Assembly: GCA_048939245.1 (NCBI GenBank)
Contig: JBHLPR010000009.1
Coordinates: forward strand, 1-63,621
DNA from: Promethearchaeota archaeon
Lineage (GTDB): Archaea > Asgardarchaeota > Hermodarchaeia > Hermodarchaeales > Hermodarchaeaceae
Direction of reading: 5' to 3'
Length of the DNA stretch: 63,621 bases
Shown: one piece after another, positions 38,251 through 48,229 of the stretch
How positions within the stretch are numbered: position 1 is the stretch's first letter
Layout of the letters: each line of letters opens with the position of its first letter
Made by a program: the position numbers and the translations under genes
The notes under the pieces: generated by a model
Database searches by the model: none
What the model saw: the letters and a program-made list of their open reading frames with translations, nothing else
Told to the model about the DNA's origin: nothing

Positions 38251-39716
38251 ACGCTGTTTTCGACTTCTTTGCTAGATTTTTTAGTAAGTTGGTAGGATTA
38301 TCTGTTTTAGCAAGGAGTTGGTTTCAAGCAATGAGATATTCGATATCAATTCCCGTGTTGATAATGGTGAGTTTATCTGTTTCTTTGATGATTCCGTTAC
38401 CTACGTTATATATGGCTTCAGGCATAGGCTGTGAGCTGTCGGCAACGGGAGTAACGAAGGCAGAAGCGGTTATAGCGGCAGATTCGGTGTCGTCCGTATG
38501 GAACTGGACGTTTGGTGGGGCGAATATGGACTGGGGATGTTCGGTAATTGAGGTAAGTACAGGAGGCTTTGCCGCTGTGGGGTATACGCAGAGTTCTGGT
38601 GCGGGCGATTCAGATGTGTGGTTAATTCTTACTGATGAATCCGGCAATCCACAATCCAGTCATACCTTTGGTGGTGTCGATCGCGATATTGGTTGGGGCA
38701 TCATAGAAGTTAGCAGTGGTGGGTTTCTCATTGTAGGGGAAACAGAAAGCTTTGGTGCCGGTGATTTTGATGCCTGGTTAATTCGGGTTGATACGAACGG
38801 AAATCACCTGTGGAATCAGACCTATGGCGGACTGTATGATGAATGGGGCTGGACCGTCGTCGAATTGAGTACTGGCGGCTTTGTTTTTTCAGGGCGTACG
38901 GCTAGCCTTGGTGCTGGATCGTTTGATGTCTGGTTAGTACGCACCGATAGCTATGGAAATCACCTCTGGAACCACACCTTCGGTGGGACTAACATTGATG
39001 TAGGCAGAGGTATGGTAGAACTAAGTACCGGCGGCTTTGCCATTATTGGACAAACATCAAGCTTTGGTGCCGGCTTTTATGATTTTTATTTGATTCGAAC
39101 CGATGCTGATGGCAATTTGGTGTGGAGTCGCACCTATGGTGGTACAGGTCTTGATGAAGCAGCATCCATTGCTGAGGTGAGCACCGGTGGCTTTGTGTTG
39201 ACTGGAGATACCTTTAGTTATGGTGTAGGGTCAAGTGATGTATGGTTAATCCGTACCGATGCTAATGGAAATAGTCTTTGGAACCAGACCTTTGGTGGTG
39301 CTGATGCAGATGGAGGGATGGCTGTTATCGAAATGAGCAGCGGTGGCTACCTCATCACTGGTGAAACCGAAAGCCAGGGGGCGGGAGGTGCAGATTTGTG
39401 GTTGATCCGCACGAATGCTGATGGAATTGCTACTTGGAATCAAGCTTACGGTGGTGCTGATGATGAGGAAGGTTGGGCGGTTATTGAAACGAGTTCTGGC
39501 GATTTGGTGGTCTTGGGAGAAACGAGTAGTTTCGGTGCGGGGCTAGCTGATGCATGGTTGATTCAGGTCACCGAGGAATTGGCGTTGCCACCGTTTCCCT
39601 TAGAGATCCTCTTCCTTATCGTAGGTGTAATTATCATCGTTGTGATTATCGTCGTGGTTATCATCGTAATCAGACGCCGCCGCAGCAAACCTCGTAAACG
39701 AAGGCGCAAATCTTAG
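38226..39716 (+). CDS. Membrane-anchored repeat protein, predicted beta-propeller (likely start 38331)
   Basis: Seven ~52-aa repeats WxxT(F/Y)GG...ExSxGGF...G.T.S.GAG..D.WL(I/V)RTD; C-terminal TM plus Arg tail. Confidence 0.85.
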   Translation: MTEKMVCYYAVFDFFARFFSKLVGLSVLARSWFQAMRYSISIPVLIMVSLSVSLMIPLPTLYMASGIGCELSATGVTKAEAVIAADSVSSVWNWTFGGANMDWGCSVIEVSTGGFAAVGYTQSSGAGDSDVWLILTDESGNPQSSHTFGGVDRDIGWGIIEVSSGGFLIVGETESFGAGDFDAWLIRVDTNGNHLWNQTYGGLYDEWGWTVVELSTGGFVFSGRTASLGAGSFDVWLVRTDSYGNHLWNHTFGGTNIDVGRGMVELSTGGFAIIGQTSSFGAGFYDFYLIRTDADGNLVWSRTYGGTGLDEAASIAEVSTGGFVLTGDTFSYGVGSSDVWLIRTDANGNSLWNQTFGGADADGGMAVIEMSSGGYLITGETESQGAGGADLWLIRTNADGIATWNQAYGGADDEEGWAVIETSSGDLVVLGETSSFGAGLADAWLIQVTEELALPPFPLEILFLIVGVIIIVVIIVVVIIVIRRRRSKPRKRRRKS

Positions 39717-39737
39717 AGGACCAGTTCAGCCTAAATC

Positions 39738-39797
39738 GGGCAAGGAAAGTCTGAGTGTTAAGAGTCAGTCCCCTAGAATTCGAATGTGCAATTCCTC
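39738..39797 (+). repeat. Polar repeat, degenerate copy
   Basis: GGGCAAGG, GTGTTAA, TCGAA-TGTGCAATTCCT (cf. copy 2 TCGAAGACATAAGTGCAATTCCT). Confidence 0.5.
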
Positions 39798-39915
39798 ACT
39801 TATATCTTGAGTCAAGATTTTCCTTTGACCTTAGAGCTTGAGAGTCACGTGTTGTTAGGATTCGCTTAATCTGGAATAACTTAGCGTACTAAGGAGTCCA
39901 AGGCGCTAAGGCGCG

Positions 39916-40296
39916 CTATGTTTTCACTTCTCGAGGTATCATCCTGCTTGCAATGAGTACGATCAACCCTGGTATCAACCCTCCGAACACTAAACCGAGG
40001 GCGCCTGTGACGAGGAGGCCAGTTCTATGGGCGCTGGGATCACGTCGCCAGTGGAACCAGAGAAATATGTAGATGATTCCAAGGATTCCATGAACCATAT
40101 ACAGACCGATTAGAAAGTGTATGAAGATGGTGAGGAAGGCTAGTACCTCAGTTGTTGGAGGTGTTGGTAGTACAGCTATTGTTATTTCTAACATTAGTGG
40201 AAAAAAGAGGACACCGAGGAAGCCGTTTATAACGAAAAAGATTTGGAGAATTATTCCAGCAAGGACCAACGTTTTAACCGTATCTTCTTCCGACAT
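39916..40296 (-). CDS. Small membrane protein
   Basis: Three to four TM segments; GGAGG SD. Confidence 0.7.
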   Translation of the reverse strand: MSEEDTVKTLVLAGIILQIFFVINGFLGVLFFPLMLEITIAVLPTPPTTEVLAFLTIFIHFLIGLYMVHGILGIIYIFLWFHWRRDPSAHRTGLLVTGALGLVFGGLIPGLIVLIASRMIPREVKT

Positions 40297-40668
40297 TGGT
40301 TTTATTCCCTCCCTTGGCTATTATTTCCTACCGAATTTTGTAATATAAATTTTCTCAAATTGGATTAAACTTTGTGTAGAGCGAATTAGCCCATATGTTA
40401 CAATGTTGTATCATTGCTAGAATTAGCGTTATTGGAACTTCGAGAGGAGGAGGCAGATATGAGCTCACTCCATGTTTCTAAGAAGACTAATTACGTGTGT
40501 TTATGGAGGAAAATTCCCCCCTTTTATGTAGAGGAGACCGTTTTTCAGACAGCTCTGCATCATTTTGAATAGTGCTTGAGTATTTCCTTAATTTTACCTA
40601 TGGAAATCTGTTAACGATTCACTAGATAGAAATACAAATGCCATAGGACTACAGATTATTGGTATGAA

Positions 40669-41697
40669 TTGATTGTAGGAGGGTACTTGATGGTTATTGA
40701 AAAGACTATTTCGACAGTGGATTTACATACTGCGGGTGAACCGGTGCGATTTATTCTAGAGGGGTTAGGGTCGATTCCGGGAAAAACTATGGTGGAAAAA
40801 CAGAGATTCTTTGCTCGGGAATTAGATAGTATACGTACCTTGTTGATGCATGAACCCCGTGGTCACCGAGCTATGTGTGGTGCGCTTTTGACACCTCCGG
40901 TGAGCCGGGATGCTCATTTCGGTTTACTTTTTTTCGATGGTGGAGGATATTTGAATATGTGTGGACATGGGACGATTGGAGTGGCTACGGCGGTATTAGA
41001 ACAGGGAATGTTTGCTAAGAAGGAACCTTATACGCATTTATCTTTTGATACTCCTGCAGGTCTTATTCATGTAAAAATACATATTGAAATGGGGCAAATT
41101 CGAAGTGTAACGTTGCGGAATGTCGCCTCCTTTCTCTTTACCAAAGATGTTGTGCTTGAACTTCCTGGAATCGGGGAGGTTACAGTCGATATTGCCTTTG
41201 GTGGGAACTTCTTCGCATTCGTTGAGGCTTCGGCGTTACAGCTTGAAGTGGAGAAAGGAAATCTCGATGAATTAATTGCTACAGGGCTCATGATAAGAGA
41301 TGCCATCAATGCGAAAATCAAGGTTCAGCATCCTATTGCTAAGCATATTACGAGTGTCGGATTGACTGGGATTTATGGAAAACCTAAGAATCCACAGGCC
41401 CAGGCTCGAAACGTGGTAATTTTTGGTAATGGGCAGGTTGACCGGTCACCTTGTGGGACAGGAACCAGTGCCAGACTCGCCGCTATGTATGCACGAGGAC
41501 AAATCGGTCTAGATGAACCATTCATTTGCGAAAGCATCATCGAGACCCTATTTGAAGGTAAAATTGTCGCAGTTACCAAAGTTGGGCAAATTGAAGCCAT
41601 TATCCCTGAGATTAAAGGATCAGCGTATGTGACAGGATTCAATCAGTTTATTGTCGATTCTGAAGACCCCTTAAAATATGGGTTTCAGCTATTGTAA
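40669..41697 (+). CDS. Proline racemase/hydroxyproline epimerase family enzyme
   Basis: HTAGEP, EPRGH, MCGHG and DRSPCGTG (both catalytic Cys present). Confidence 0.93.
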   Translation: MIVGGYLMVIEKTISTVDLHTAGEPVRFILEGLGSIPGKTMVEKQRFFARELDSIRTLLMHEPRGHRAMCGALLTPPVSRDAHFGLLFFDGGGYLNMCGHGTIGVATAVLEQGMFAKKEPYTHLSFDTPAGLIHVKIHIEMGQIRSVTLRNVASFLFTKDVVLELPGIGEVTVDIAFGGNFFAFVEASALQLEVEKGNLDELIATGLMIRDAINAKIKVQHPIAKHITSVGLTGIYGKPKNPQAQARNVVIFGNGQVDRSPCGTGTSARLAAMYARGQIGLDEPFICESIIETLFEGKIVAVTKVGQIEAIIPEIKGSAYVTGFNQFIVDSEDPLKYGFQLL

Positions 41698-41724
41698 TCC
41701 TGAGTTGATAAAAAAACTTTGCTA

Positions 41725-41785
41725 GCTCTTCCACCCGGTGATGGATTATTTGCACTTCGATATGAATTTCAAAGACATAACCGCA
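41725..41785 (+). repeat. Polar repeat copy (no hairpin)
   Basis: ATTATTTGCACTTCGATATGAATTTCAAAGACATAACCGC, close to copy 5. Confidence 0.75.
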
Positions 41786-41910
41786 CGTTTGTTTTTAGGA
41801 TCTTGTAAACCATTTTGTCAGCTGAAATTTGTCTTCTAAAGGAATTAGCAGACTTGGTTGAAAATTCTCTATAAATAACAGAAAGACTTCGTCAAATAGA
41901 CTGAAATCAG

Positions 41911-43128
41911 TCACGATTGTTGAGAGCTTTTTGCCGTTTCAATGAGGAGTAATGAAATCAGTAGTGCGAGGATGTCGAGGGCGACGAGGAGTACCATGGC
42001 CCAGAAGAAGGAGAGGAATAGCGAACTTGCAAGGTCCATTGCGAGGATAAGTACAATACCGCCAGCCTGTCCGAAAATCATTAAAATTCCAGCCGAGGTG
42101 CCTTCGGGAATGGGTTGTGTCATTTCGGCTCCCGTTTGCAGGCCTAAGGGTAATGCGGGCATGAGGAAGAAGCCTAGTAAGAAGGAGGAAGCGAGTAGTA
42201 CGGTGTAATCGGGATGATAGGCGAGGAGAAAGGTGAAGGGGGCGGCTAGCAGGAGCGAGAGGATGATGAAGGGTTTGCGGCGTTGGTATTTATCAGATAA
42301 TGTGGGAATAATCACAGCCCCAATGATTCCGCCAAGGATCATGATGGCGCCGACTATTCCAGCTTGAGTGATATCAACAACACGTCCCGCAAGTATTTGT
42401 TCAATCCATGTGGCTACACCGTTAAAGATACCCATACCCACGAAGAATAAGACTTCAAGGATAATGAATTGTTTAATTCCGATGATGCGTCGCAGACCAG
42501 TGGTCATTTTTTCTTCTTCAGGTTCGTCGGATTCGGGAGGAGAAGGAGGACGTTCCTTGGCGATAATTAGGAATAGAATGGCAGCGATGACGGCAACAAC
42601 CGCGTAGCTTAACATTGTGTAGAAGAATCCGATGCCTACAACGGCAAAGGGGGTGACTAAGAGGCCGAGCATGATTCCAAGAAAGATAGCCATGGTTCCT
42701 AACCCAGTGGCAAGGCCACGTTCATCAGCCGGAAACCAGCGTCGAGCAATTTTGGTGGGGCTGTTAAAGACAAAGGGTTGTCCAATAGCGATGCCGGCTG
42801 AAAAAATTAGCAAAAGGAGATAGTTGGGTGCAAATACACGACACACGGCAAAGACTGCCGTGATGATTGCGCCGACACCAGCGGCGTACCGAAAGCCCTT
42901 ACTGTCAATGAGATACGCTGAAGGAATTGAGACCGGTATGTAGACGACCATGAAAATCAGTGAAAGTAGGGCTATATCGAGTTCTGTCACAGCATAGAGG
43001 CTGGCAACTAGCGATGAAATTGGGGCAAAGGTGATCCATAGGATTTGGGTCACTGCCGCGATGAACATAAACACTAACAAAACAATCCAGCGATATCCAT
43101 AAACAGGAGCTTCCATTGATTTCGTCAC
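41911..43128 (-). CDS. MFS transporter (FLVCR/SLC49-like)
   Basis: 12 TM; Y.YRW, WITFAPI, WFPADERGLATG. Confidence 0.88.
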   Translation of the reverse strand: MTKSMEAPVYGYRWIVLLVFMFIAAVTQILWITFAPISSLVASLYAVTELDIALLSLIFMVVYIPVSIPSAYLIDSKGFRYAAGVGAIITAVFAVCRVFAPNYLLLLIFSAGIAIGQPFVFNSPTKIARRWFPADERGLATGLGTMAIFLGIMLGLLVTPFAVVGIGFFYTMLSYAVVAVIAAILFLIIAKERPPSPPESDEPEEEKMTTGLRRIIGIKQFIILEVLFFVGMGIFNGVATWIEQILAGRVVDITQAGIVGAIMILGGIIGAVIIPTLSDKYQRRKPFIILSLLLAAPFTFLLAYHPDYTVLLASSFLLGFFLMPALPLGLQTGAEMTQPIPEGTSAGILMIFGQAGGIVLILAMDLASSLFLSFFWAMVLLVALDILALLISLLLIETAKSSQQS

Positions 43129-43151
43129 AATTGTGACCTCCTAGGAACCTG

Positions 43152-43174
43152 GTCTACAATTAGAATTTGTAGAC
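43152..43174. promoter_or_regulatory. Inverted repeat upstream of the MFS gene
   Basis: GTCTACAA-TTAGAAT-TTGTAGAC. Confidence 0.45.
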
Positions 43175-43485
43175 TACTAACCACAAATGGGTTATGAGTA
43201 TCTAATATAACTAGCTGTCTTCGTTTGAAGCTCAATAAATGGAATAGAAGAAGCCAATTCCTGTGGCTTGAAGATTATAGAGAGAGTGGGTCTTGGGAGT
43301 TATCCGATTTTCATTTGGGTGCGAAAACATAGCATTTCCATTTGATGAGTGGTTGTTGATTTCTTTGCGCGTGGGAGAAACTTAATAAATGGTTTCTATA
43401 GAACAAGTATATTATATAATTTATATAGAGTCGTTGGTTTACTAGTACCTGTCAATACCACCACAAAATCGGAGACCCGAACCTC

Positions 43486-44505
43486 TTGCAATTGGTTGCA
43501 CTACTCCTACCCGTCTTTGTCTTACTAATTCTGGCGAGTATTGTAGCCTTTGCTATTGGAGCAAACGATAGCACCATGGCCAATTTGGTCGGTGCTAAAG
43601 TGCTTTCACTGAGGGGCTCCGTTATTTTGGGAGCCAGCCTATTGATTATTGGAGCCGTGGTGTTAGGTCAGGGCGTAAGTACGACAATTGGTTCAGATAT
43701 GGTTACCCAGCCACTGAGCGTTGATCTTGTGTTTGTTATTTCATTAGCAATCATTGTATGGATGTTGTTCAGTGCCTACCTGGGTTACCCGATTTCAGCT
43801 ACTCATTCAGTTGTTGGGGGCATTATAGGTATTGGATTGTTAGAGGAGTTTGTTTGGGGTATACCTATTATTCGGTGGGACACCATCTCAATTATTCTCA
43901 TTGGCTGGATTCTGAGCCCACTGCTTAGTTTAATAGTTGCTTTTCTCCTTCAACGTTACATTCGTAGAACGCTTCTTTCGAAAACCAAAGGATTAACGGA
44001 GATTCAGCGAAGGGAGCAGATTTTTGGTTGGTTGTTACTGGTGATGGTTATTATTATCTGCCTAAGTCGTGGAGGGAATGATGTGGCTAAGGCGATAGGG
44101 TTGTTGACAATCTTTTTTGCTGAACCCATCGAACTTTCATTATTGTTGTTGATGGGGGGAGTAGGCATGGGACTTGGATTATTAGTTTTGGGACGACGAG
44201 TGGTTCGGACGGTTGGAATAGAGTTGACGGAATTACGTCCCAGTGCGAGTTTTTCATCGGCAACATCAGGGGCCATTGTGTTGCTTGTTGGTACGATTTG
44301 GGGGATTCCACTTGCTGCAACGCATATCCTTATTACATCGGTAATTGGAGTGGGCATGGCAAATCGAGCATCTACGAATAAGACGGTGTTACGAAAACTG
44401 ATCTTAACCTCTCTTCTTACCGTTCCCGTCTCAGCAGTCCTTGCGATCTGTATTTGGTGGATTTATCAGATAACACTTCCCTTCATATTCCTACCCGCCC
44501 TGTGA
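43486..44505 (+). CDS. PiT family inorganic phosphate transporter
   Basis: GAND and GGNDVA signatures; PISATH and PLAATH. Confidence 0.9.
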   Translation: MQLVALLLPVFVLLILASIVAFAIGANDSTMANLVGAKVLSLRGSVILGASLLIIGAVVLGQGVSTTIGSDMVTQPLSVDLVFVISLAIIVWMLFSAYLGYPISATHSVVGGIIGIGLLEEFVWGIPIIRWDTISIILIGWILSPLLSLIVAFLLQRYIRRTLLSKTKGLTEIQRREQIFGWLLLVMVIIICLSRGGNDVAKAIGLLTIFFAEPIELSLLLLMGGVGMGLGLLVLGRRVVRTVGIELTELRPSASFSSATSGAIVLLVGTIWGIPLAATHILITSVIGVGMANRASTNKTVLRKLILTSLLTVPVSAVLAICIWWIYQITLPFIFLPAL

Positions 44506-44600
44506 ATTATCATTGACTACCATTAAGCTAAGCCCCCGAAAAAAAAGAACGGAAAACCAAAAAATGGTTTTTTAGTTGTTAAATTTTCTTCCGATTATTG

Positions 44601-44616
44601 TCGCAGACGTATGTGA
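44601..44616 (+). repeat. Possible polar repeat core (weak)
   Basis: TCGCAGACGTATGTG resembles the copy 8 core TCGAAGACGTATATG. Confidence 0.4.
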
Positions 44617-44700
44617 CTAAGGAGATTATTCTGAGCTCGAGAAGCTATGTAAGATTCTTTGATTCTGTCGACTTATTTTGATTCTGAACCGTTATTCTTG

Positions 44701-45309
44701 TTAGGGCAGTAAAGCCCCGATGAGTACCAATACACCTGCGATGATAAATGCGGTGGCGGCAACGTAGGCGATTGTCGTTGTGCCGAGGTATTGTCGGGCG
44801 CGGTCACCAATGATTACACCAATACCATTCACGATTGCTAAAGCAAGAAATGCTGCGATAAGAACAAGGAGCAGTTGTCCTGTTGTAGCGGCAATCAAGA
44901 TTACAACCAGCTGGGTTTTATCACCTAGCTCCGCAATGAAAAGCAGGATAAATGCGCGTACCCATACACGGTTTCCTGGCGCCGCGGTTGACTCTTCGTC
45001 TTCTTGAGTACGTCTTATTCTGTAAACAGTAATAATGCCCAAAATTATGAAAATGATGCCTGCGATTAGTTGGATCAGTGAGAGAGGAATCAAGAATGCA
45101 ATAAGGGAACCAGCAAGAACGCCAATTATGGTTACAGTAAATAATCCACCCAATACCCCGAGGTACACTTGAACAGGTTTTCCAGTTTCAGCTACGAGGG
45201 CGAAAGTGACAATTTGGGTTTTATCTGCTAGTTCAGCAAGTAAAACTAATGCGAATACTGTGAGAAAGAGTGAAACTAGCAAGATGGACATAGATTTACA
45301 TTGTGCCAT
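44701..45309 (-). CDS. TMEM165/GDT1 (UPF0016) Ca/Mn transporter
   Basis: Two motifs AELADKTQ and AELGDKTQ. Confidence 0.92.
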   Translation of the reverse strand: MAQCKSMSILLVSLFLTVFALVLLAELADKTQIVTFALVAETGKPVQVYLGVLGGLFTVTIIGVLAGSLIAFLIPLSLIQLIAGIIFIILGIITVYRIRRTQEDEESTAAPGNRVWVRAFILLFIAELGDKTQLVVILIAATTGQLLLVLIAAFLALAIVNGIGVIIGDRARQYLGTTTIAYVAATAFIIAGVLVLIGALLP

Positions 45310-45373
45310 GAACAGTGTTTAATTGGATTTCCATCAGCTAGAAAAAAATGACGCTAGCTCGTCAAGATGACGT

Positions 45374-45859
45374 TTATAGTTCACCGATGTCTTCGTTCCA
45401 GAGCTGGGGATGTTCGTTGATGAATGCTTGCAAGAGTTCTTTGCATACAGGTAGGTCTAAATCGATGACTTTTACGCCCTGTGATTCCATGAATGTGCGG
45501 GCACCGGCAAAGGTTTGAGATTCGCCGGCAATGACCTTAGCAATTTTGAATTGCACTACGGCTCCGGCACACAGGTAACAGGGCATCAGGGTTGAATATA
45601 ATGTGGTACCTGCATAGTTGCCGATGCGTCCCGCGTTTTGGAGGCAATCAATTTCTGCATGCAGGATTGGGTTATTTTGTTGTACGCGTTGATTATGCCC
45701 TTGTCCAACGATTGTTCCATCCTTGACCAGCACGGAGCCAATCGGAATACCACCTTCTTGGCGGCTTTTCTTTGCTTGTTTAAGAGCGGCTTGCATGAAA
45801 GGGTCCATTGGTCGAATCACCATTGCATTTAATGAACGTACAATTTGAGATCTTTGCAT
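45374..45859 (-). CDS. Zinc-dependent cytosine/nucleoside deaminase
   Basis: GGIPIG, HAE, PCYLC, WNEDIG (yeast Fcy1-like). Confidence 0.9.
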   Translation of the reverse strand: MQRSQIVRSLNAMVIRPMDPFMQAALKQAKKSRQEGGIPIGSVLVKDGTIVGQGHNQRVQQNNPILHAEIDCLQNAGRIGNYAGTTLYSTLMPCYLCAGAVVQFKIAKVIAGESQTFAGARTFMESQGVKVIDLDLPVCKELLQAFINEHPQLWNEDIGEL

Positions 45860-45919
45860 TATATGCTCTTCTCTTTGGGTTCGAAGAGATGCTTATTCAA
45901 GCAGAAGGAACCCTAGGGG

Positions 45920-45985
45920 CAGTTTCAAAATTAGTAATAAGCGTTTTGTCGTTCTATTTGATATCGAATACATAAGTGCGATCTT
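45920..45985 (+). repeat. Polar repeat, last recognisable copy
   Basis: TCGAATACATAAGTGC at 45964 (one mismatch to the copy 2 core). Confidence 0.6.
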
Positions 45986-46013
45986 CTAAAGTATACAAAT
46001 GGTAACATAATTT

Positions 46014-46613
46014 CTATTCCGTGGAATCGCTGTGTTTCTCTTGGAGGTTTTCAATGATTTTAAACGAGTCCCAAAGGTTGCCTTGGAATCGAGAGAATGG
46101 AAAAATTAGAATCAATTGGATAAAGAACATGACAACTAACTGAATTATTATGAGGCCAGGTGGACCCCAGAATATTAGAATGGCATTTTCAATTTGAGCA
46201 AAGAAGGGATAGAAGAACTTAGCAGCGGCGAAGCTGGCTAAGTTGATGAGGAATAAGCCAAAGCTGAAGATGAAATAGAGGAGTAGTTGGATACTACGTC
46301 GGACAGACTGCTTTATGTTCTCTGTAAGCTTTGTATATTGTTTTGCGGGAAATGGGATGATTTCAAGGCTTTTACTAGCTAAGTAAAAATTAATTTCGTA
46401 GCTTATGATGAAACCGATGATGGTGAGCCCAAGTGCATAACAAATGGTGAGGAACATAATGAGGGGCATGCCCCAGGTTGAGAGAGATTCGTGGGGATAT
46501 TCGAGGAAGTAGATGACAACAATGAAGAGAAACCCGAGTAGAACACCAATTAATGCGAGGATTGCTTCAAGGTTGATATTGGGACGTTGGAGTGTTGCTG
46601 GTTTTTTAGTCAA
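46014..46613 (-). CDS. Four-TM hypothetical protein
   Basis: Hydrophobic helices; GGAGG SD before TTG. Confidence 0.7.
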   Translation of the reverse strand: MTKKPATLQRPNINLEAILALIGVLLGFLFIVVIYFLEYPHESLSTWGMPLIMFLTICYALGLTIIGFIISYEINFYLASKSLEIIPFPAKQYTKLTENIKQSVRRSIQLLLYFIFSFGLFLINLASFAAAKFFYPFFAQIENAILIFWGPPGLIIIQLVVMFFIQLILIFPFSRFQGNLWDSFKIIENLQEKHSDSTE

Positions 46614-46675
46614 GTGAGAACCTCCAATGGACGTTCAGGCTGTAGACAATTAAATGTGGTTTCTGTTCCTAGTGT

Positions 46676-47653
46676 TTAGTATACCGCGCGGGTGATATCT
46701 TCGAGGAAATCGAAGCGGTAATCTAAGAGAAGTTTAGGGTTTTCGACGAAGATGGTGAAGCTGTAGGTAAAAGCAAGGTAGGAGGTTGATGAGAGGACGT
46801 AGCCGGGTTTGTAGCCAAACTTTCGGGTCCAACGTTTCATGATATTTGGGAGTTTGTCTTCATAGTGGTTAAGACCGCGGTCGATTGGGAACTGGAGTTC
46901 GAATGTGTATTGGATGAGGTTGGAGGTATCTACAGCTCGACTCAGTGCTTTCCAAATTCGTTTCGGGATTGACGCGTCTTTTTCAGGTTCTGGCGTTTCT
47001 TTGCCTGTGCTTTTTTGTTCAAAGCGGAAGTTGGTTACTGCTGAGCTCATCACATTGTCATTGGGAATTAATGCGATAGTGCCATCCAATTGTCGTATCT
47101 TTGTATAGTTGAGACTTATTTCAAGAACGATTCCTTCGTTGGATCCGATTCGCACATAATCACCGACGCTGAAAGGGTCGGTAATCATCACGTATAATCC
47201 GGCGACAAAATTACGCACAGCAAGGCTAAGGGCAACACCTACTGCTAAACCTATGATGACGGTGGCGTCCCCGATGATGATTTGGATTTGTGTCGGGAGA
47301 ATAGTGGTGAATGCAACTACGGCGATCCAAACGAAGATGATACGAATTGTGAGCACAATGCCATTAATCGCATTTGGGGGGACTCGGAGTTTTTTGGCTC
47401 GGCGTCGAACAAATCGAGTGATAATACTGGAGAGGATTAGGAGAATTACTAAGATCAGGATAAGTTGGACTATTGGTAAAACCGGGAAAAGAACCACCTG
47501 TAAAGTGTAGAGGGTGTCCAAAAACAAACGGATGATATCGCCTAGCGGGTCGGTTGGTTGAAGCATATGTTCCACCTTTGTTGGTATATTTTGTTTCAAG
47601 AATTTAAGATAGTAGTCATTTTCTAGTAATATAGAGAACAGCGATGCCTCCAT
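46676..47653 (-). CDS. MscS family mechanosensitive channel (true start probably near 47566)
   Basis: NFVAG...PFSVGDYVRI...G.V.EI.L.YT...IPN. Confidence 0.88.
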   Translation of the reverse strand: MEASLFSILLENDYYLKFLKQNIPTKVEHMLQPTDPLGDIIRLFLDTLYTLQVVLFPVLPIVQLILILVILLILSSIITRFVRRRAKKLRVPPNAINGIVLTIRIIFVWIAVVAFTTILPTQIQIIIGDATVIIGLAVGVALSLAVRNFVAGLYVMITDPFSVGDYVRIGSNEGIVLEISLNYTKIRQLDGTIALIPNDNVMSSAVTNFRFEQKSTGKETPEPEKDASIPKRIWKALSRAVDTSNLIQYTFELQFPIDRGLNHYEDKLPNIMKRWTRKFGYKPGYVLSSTSYLAFTYSFTIFVENPKLLLDYRFDFLEDITRAVY

Positions 47654-47660
47654 GTGGGAA

Positions 47661-47762
47661 CTATTTAGTTATTAACGCAGCAGTAGTGAGATGAACGCGC
47701 CTTGTTACAATTAAGAGTACGGTGATGAAGAAGATGATTAGAATGAGCAGCCAGAGTTCCAA
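47661..47762 (-). pseudogene. 33-codon hydrophobic ORF, possibly an N-terminal remnant of an ArsB/NhaD-type transporter
   Basis: Hand translation MELWLLILIIFFITVLLIVTRRVHLTTAALITK*. Confidence 0.35.
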
Positions 47763-47920
47763 TTTCTTTCACAGGTTTTGAATGGTTGGATTTAGTGCTA
47801 TTAAATTCTTAATTCCAAAGGTTTTTGGTTGAATTTTGACTATTATTTTACTGAAAAAACAATGACTATTCTGAGTTGCGTTATGGCGTGTTAGTCATTA
47901 ATTTCAGAGAATGTGAGAAA

Positions 47921-48106
47921 ATGTCTGAAGAAGTAAAATGTCCTAAATGTGGTGAAAAAAAGAAGCTTCGTCTCATGCTATTGGATACGCCTGAGAATCG
48001 GAAGAAGGAGGATACGGACCCTGAGAGGATTCTTTTGGTCGCTTCGAAGGCGTTTGATGGTAAAATGGAGTGTCTGAAGTGTGGGCACTTCTGGGATGCA
48101 GAATGA
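47921..48106 (+). CDS. Small zinc-finger protein
   Basis: CPKC...CLKC; ATG at 47921 (ORF track starts at 47876). Confidence 0.7.
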   Translation: MSEEVKCPKCGEKKKLRLMLLDTPENRKKEDTDPERILLVASKAFDGKMECLKCGHFWDAE

Positions 48107-48229
48107 TTGCATATTGCTTTACAGCATAAGGAGTCTGCTTTGCCAGGCTAATCCGTAGTGAAAAACGCTGACTTGCAATGTGATATTTATGGATTTAGTT
48201 TTTGAAATCGGAAGAAAGGACGTTTAGAA

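Noticed and set aside
38500-39570. Nucleotide-level tandem repeats
   Set aside because: Explained by the ~52-aa protein repeats of the predicted beta-propeller.
335-45985. Repeats as a CRISPR array
   Set aside because: Copies are ~105 bp, degenerate and separated by 0.6-6.5 kb of genes, not by short unique spacers; no cas genes.
335-45985. Repeats as canonical integron attC sites
   Set aside because: No conserved RYYYAAC...GTTRRRY ends, the element is not palindromic end to end, genes lie in both orientations with their own regulatory DNA, and there is no intI in the window.
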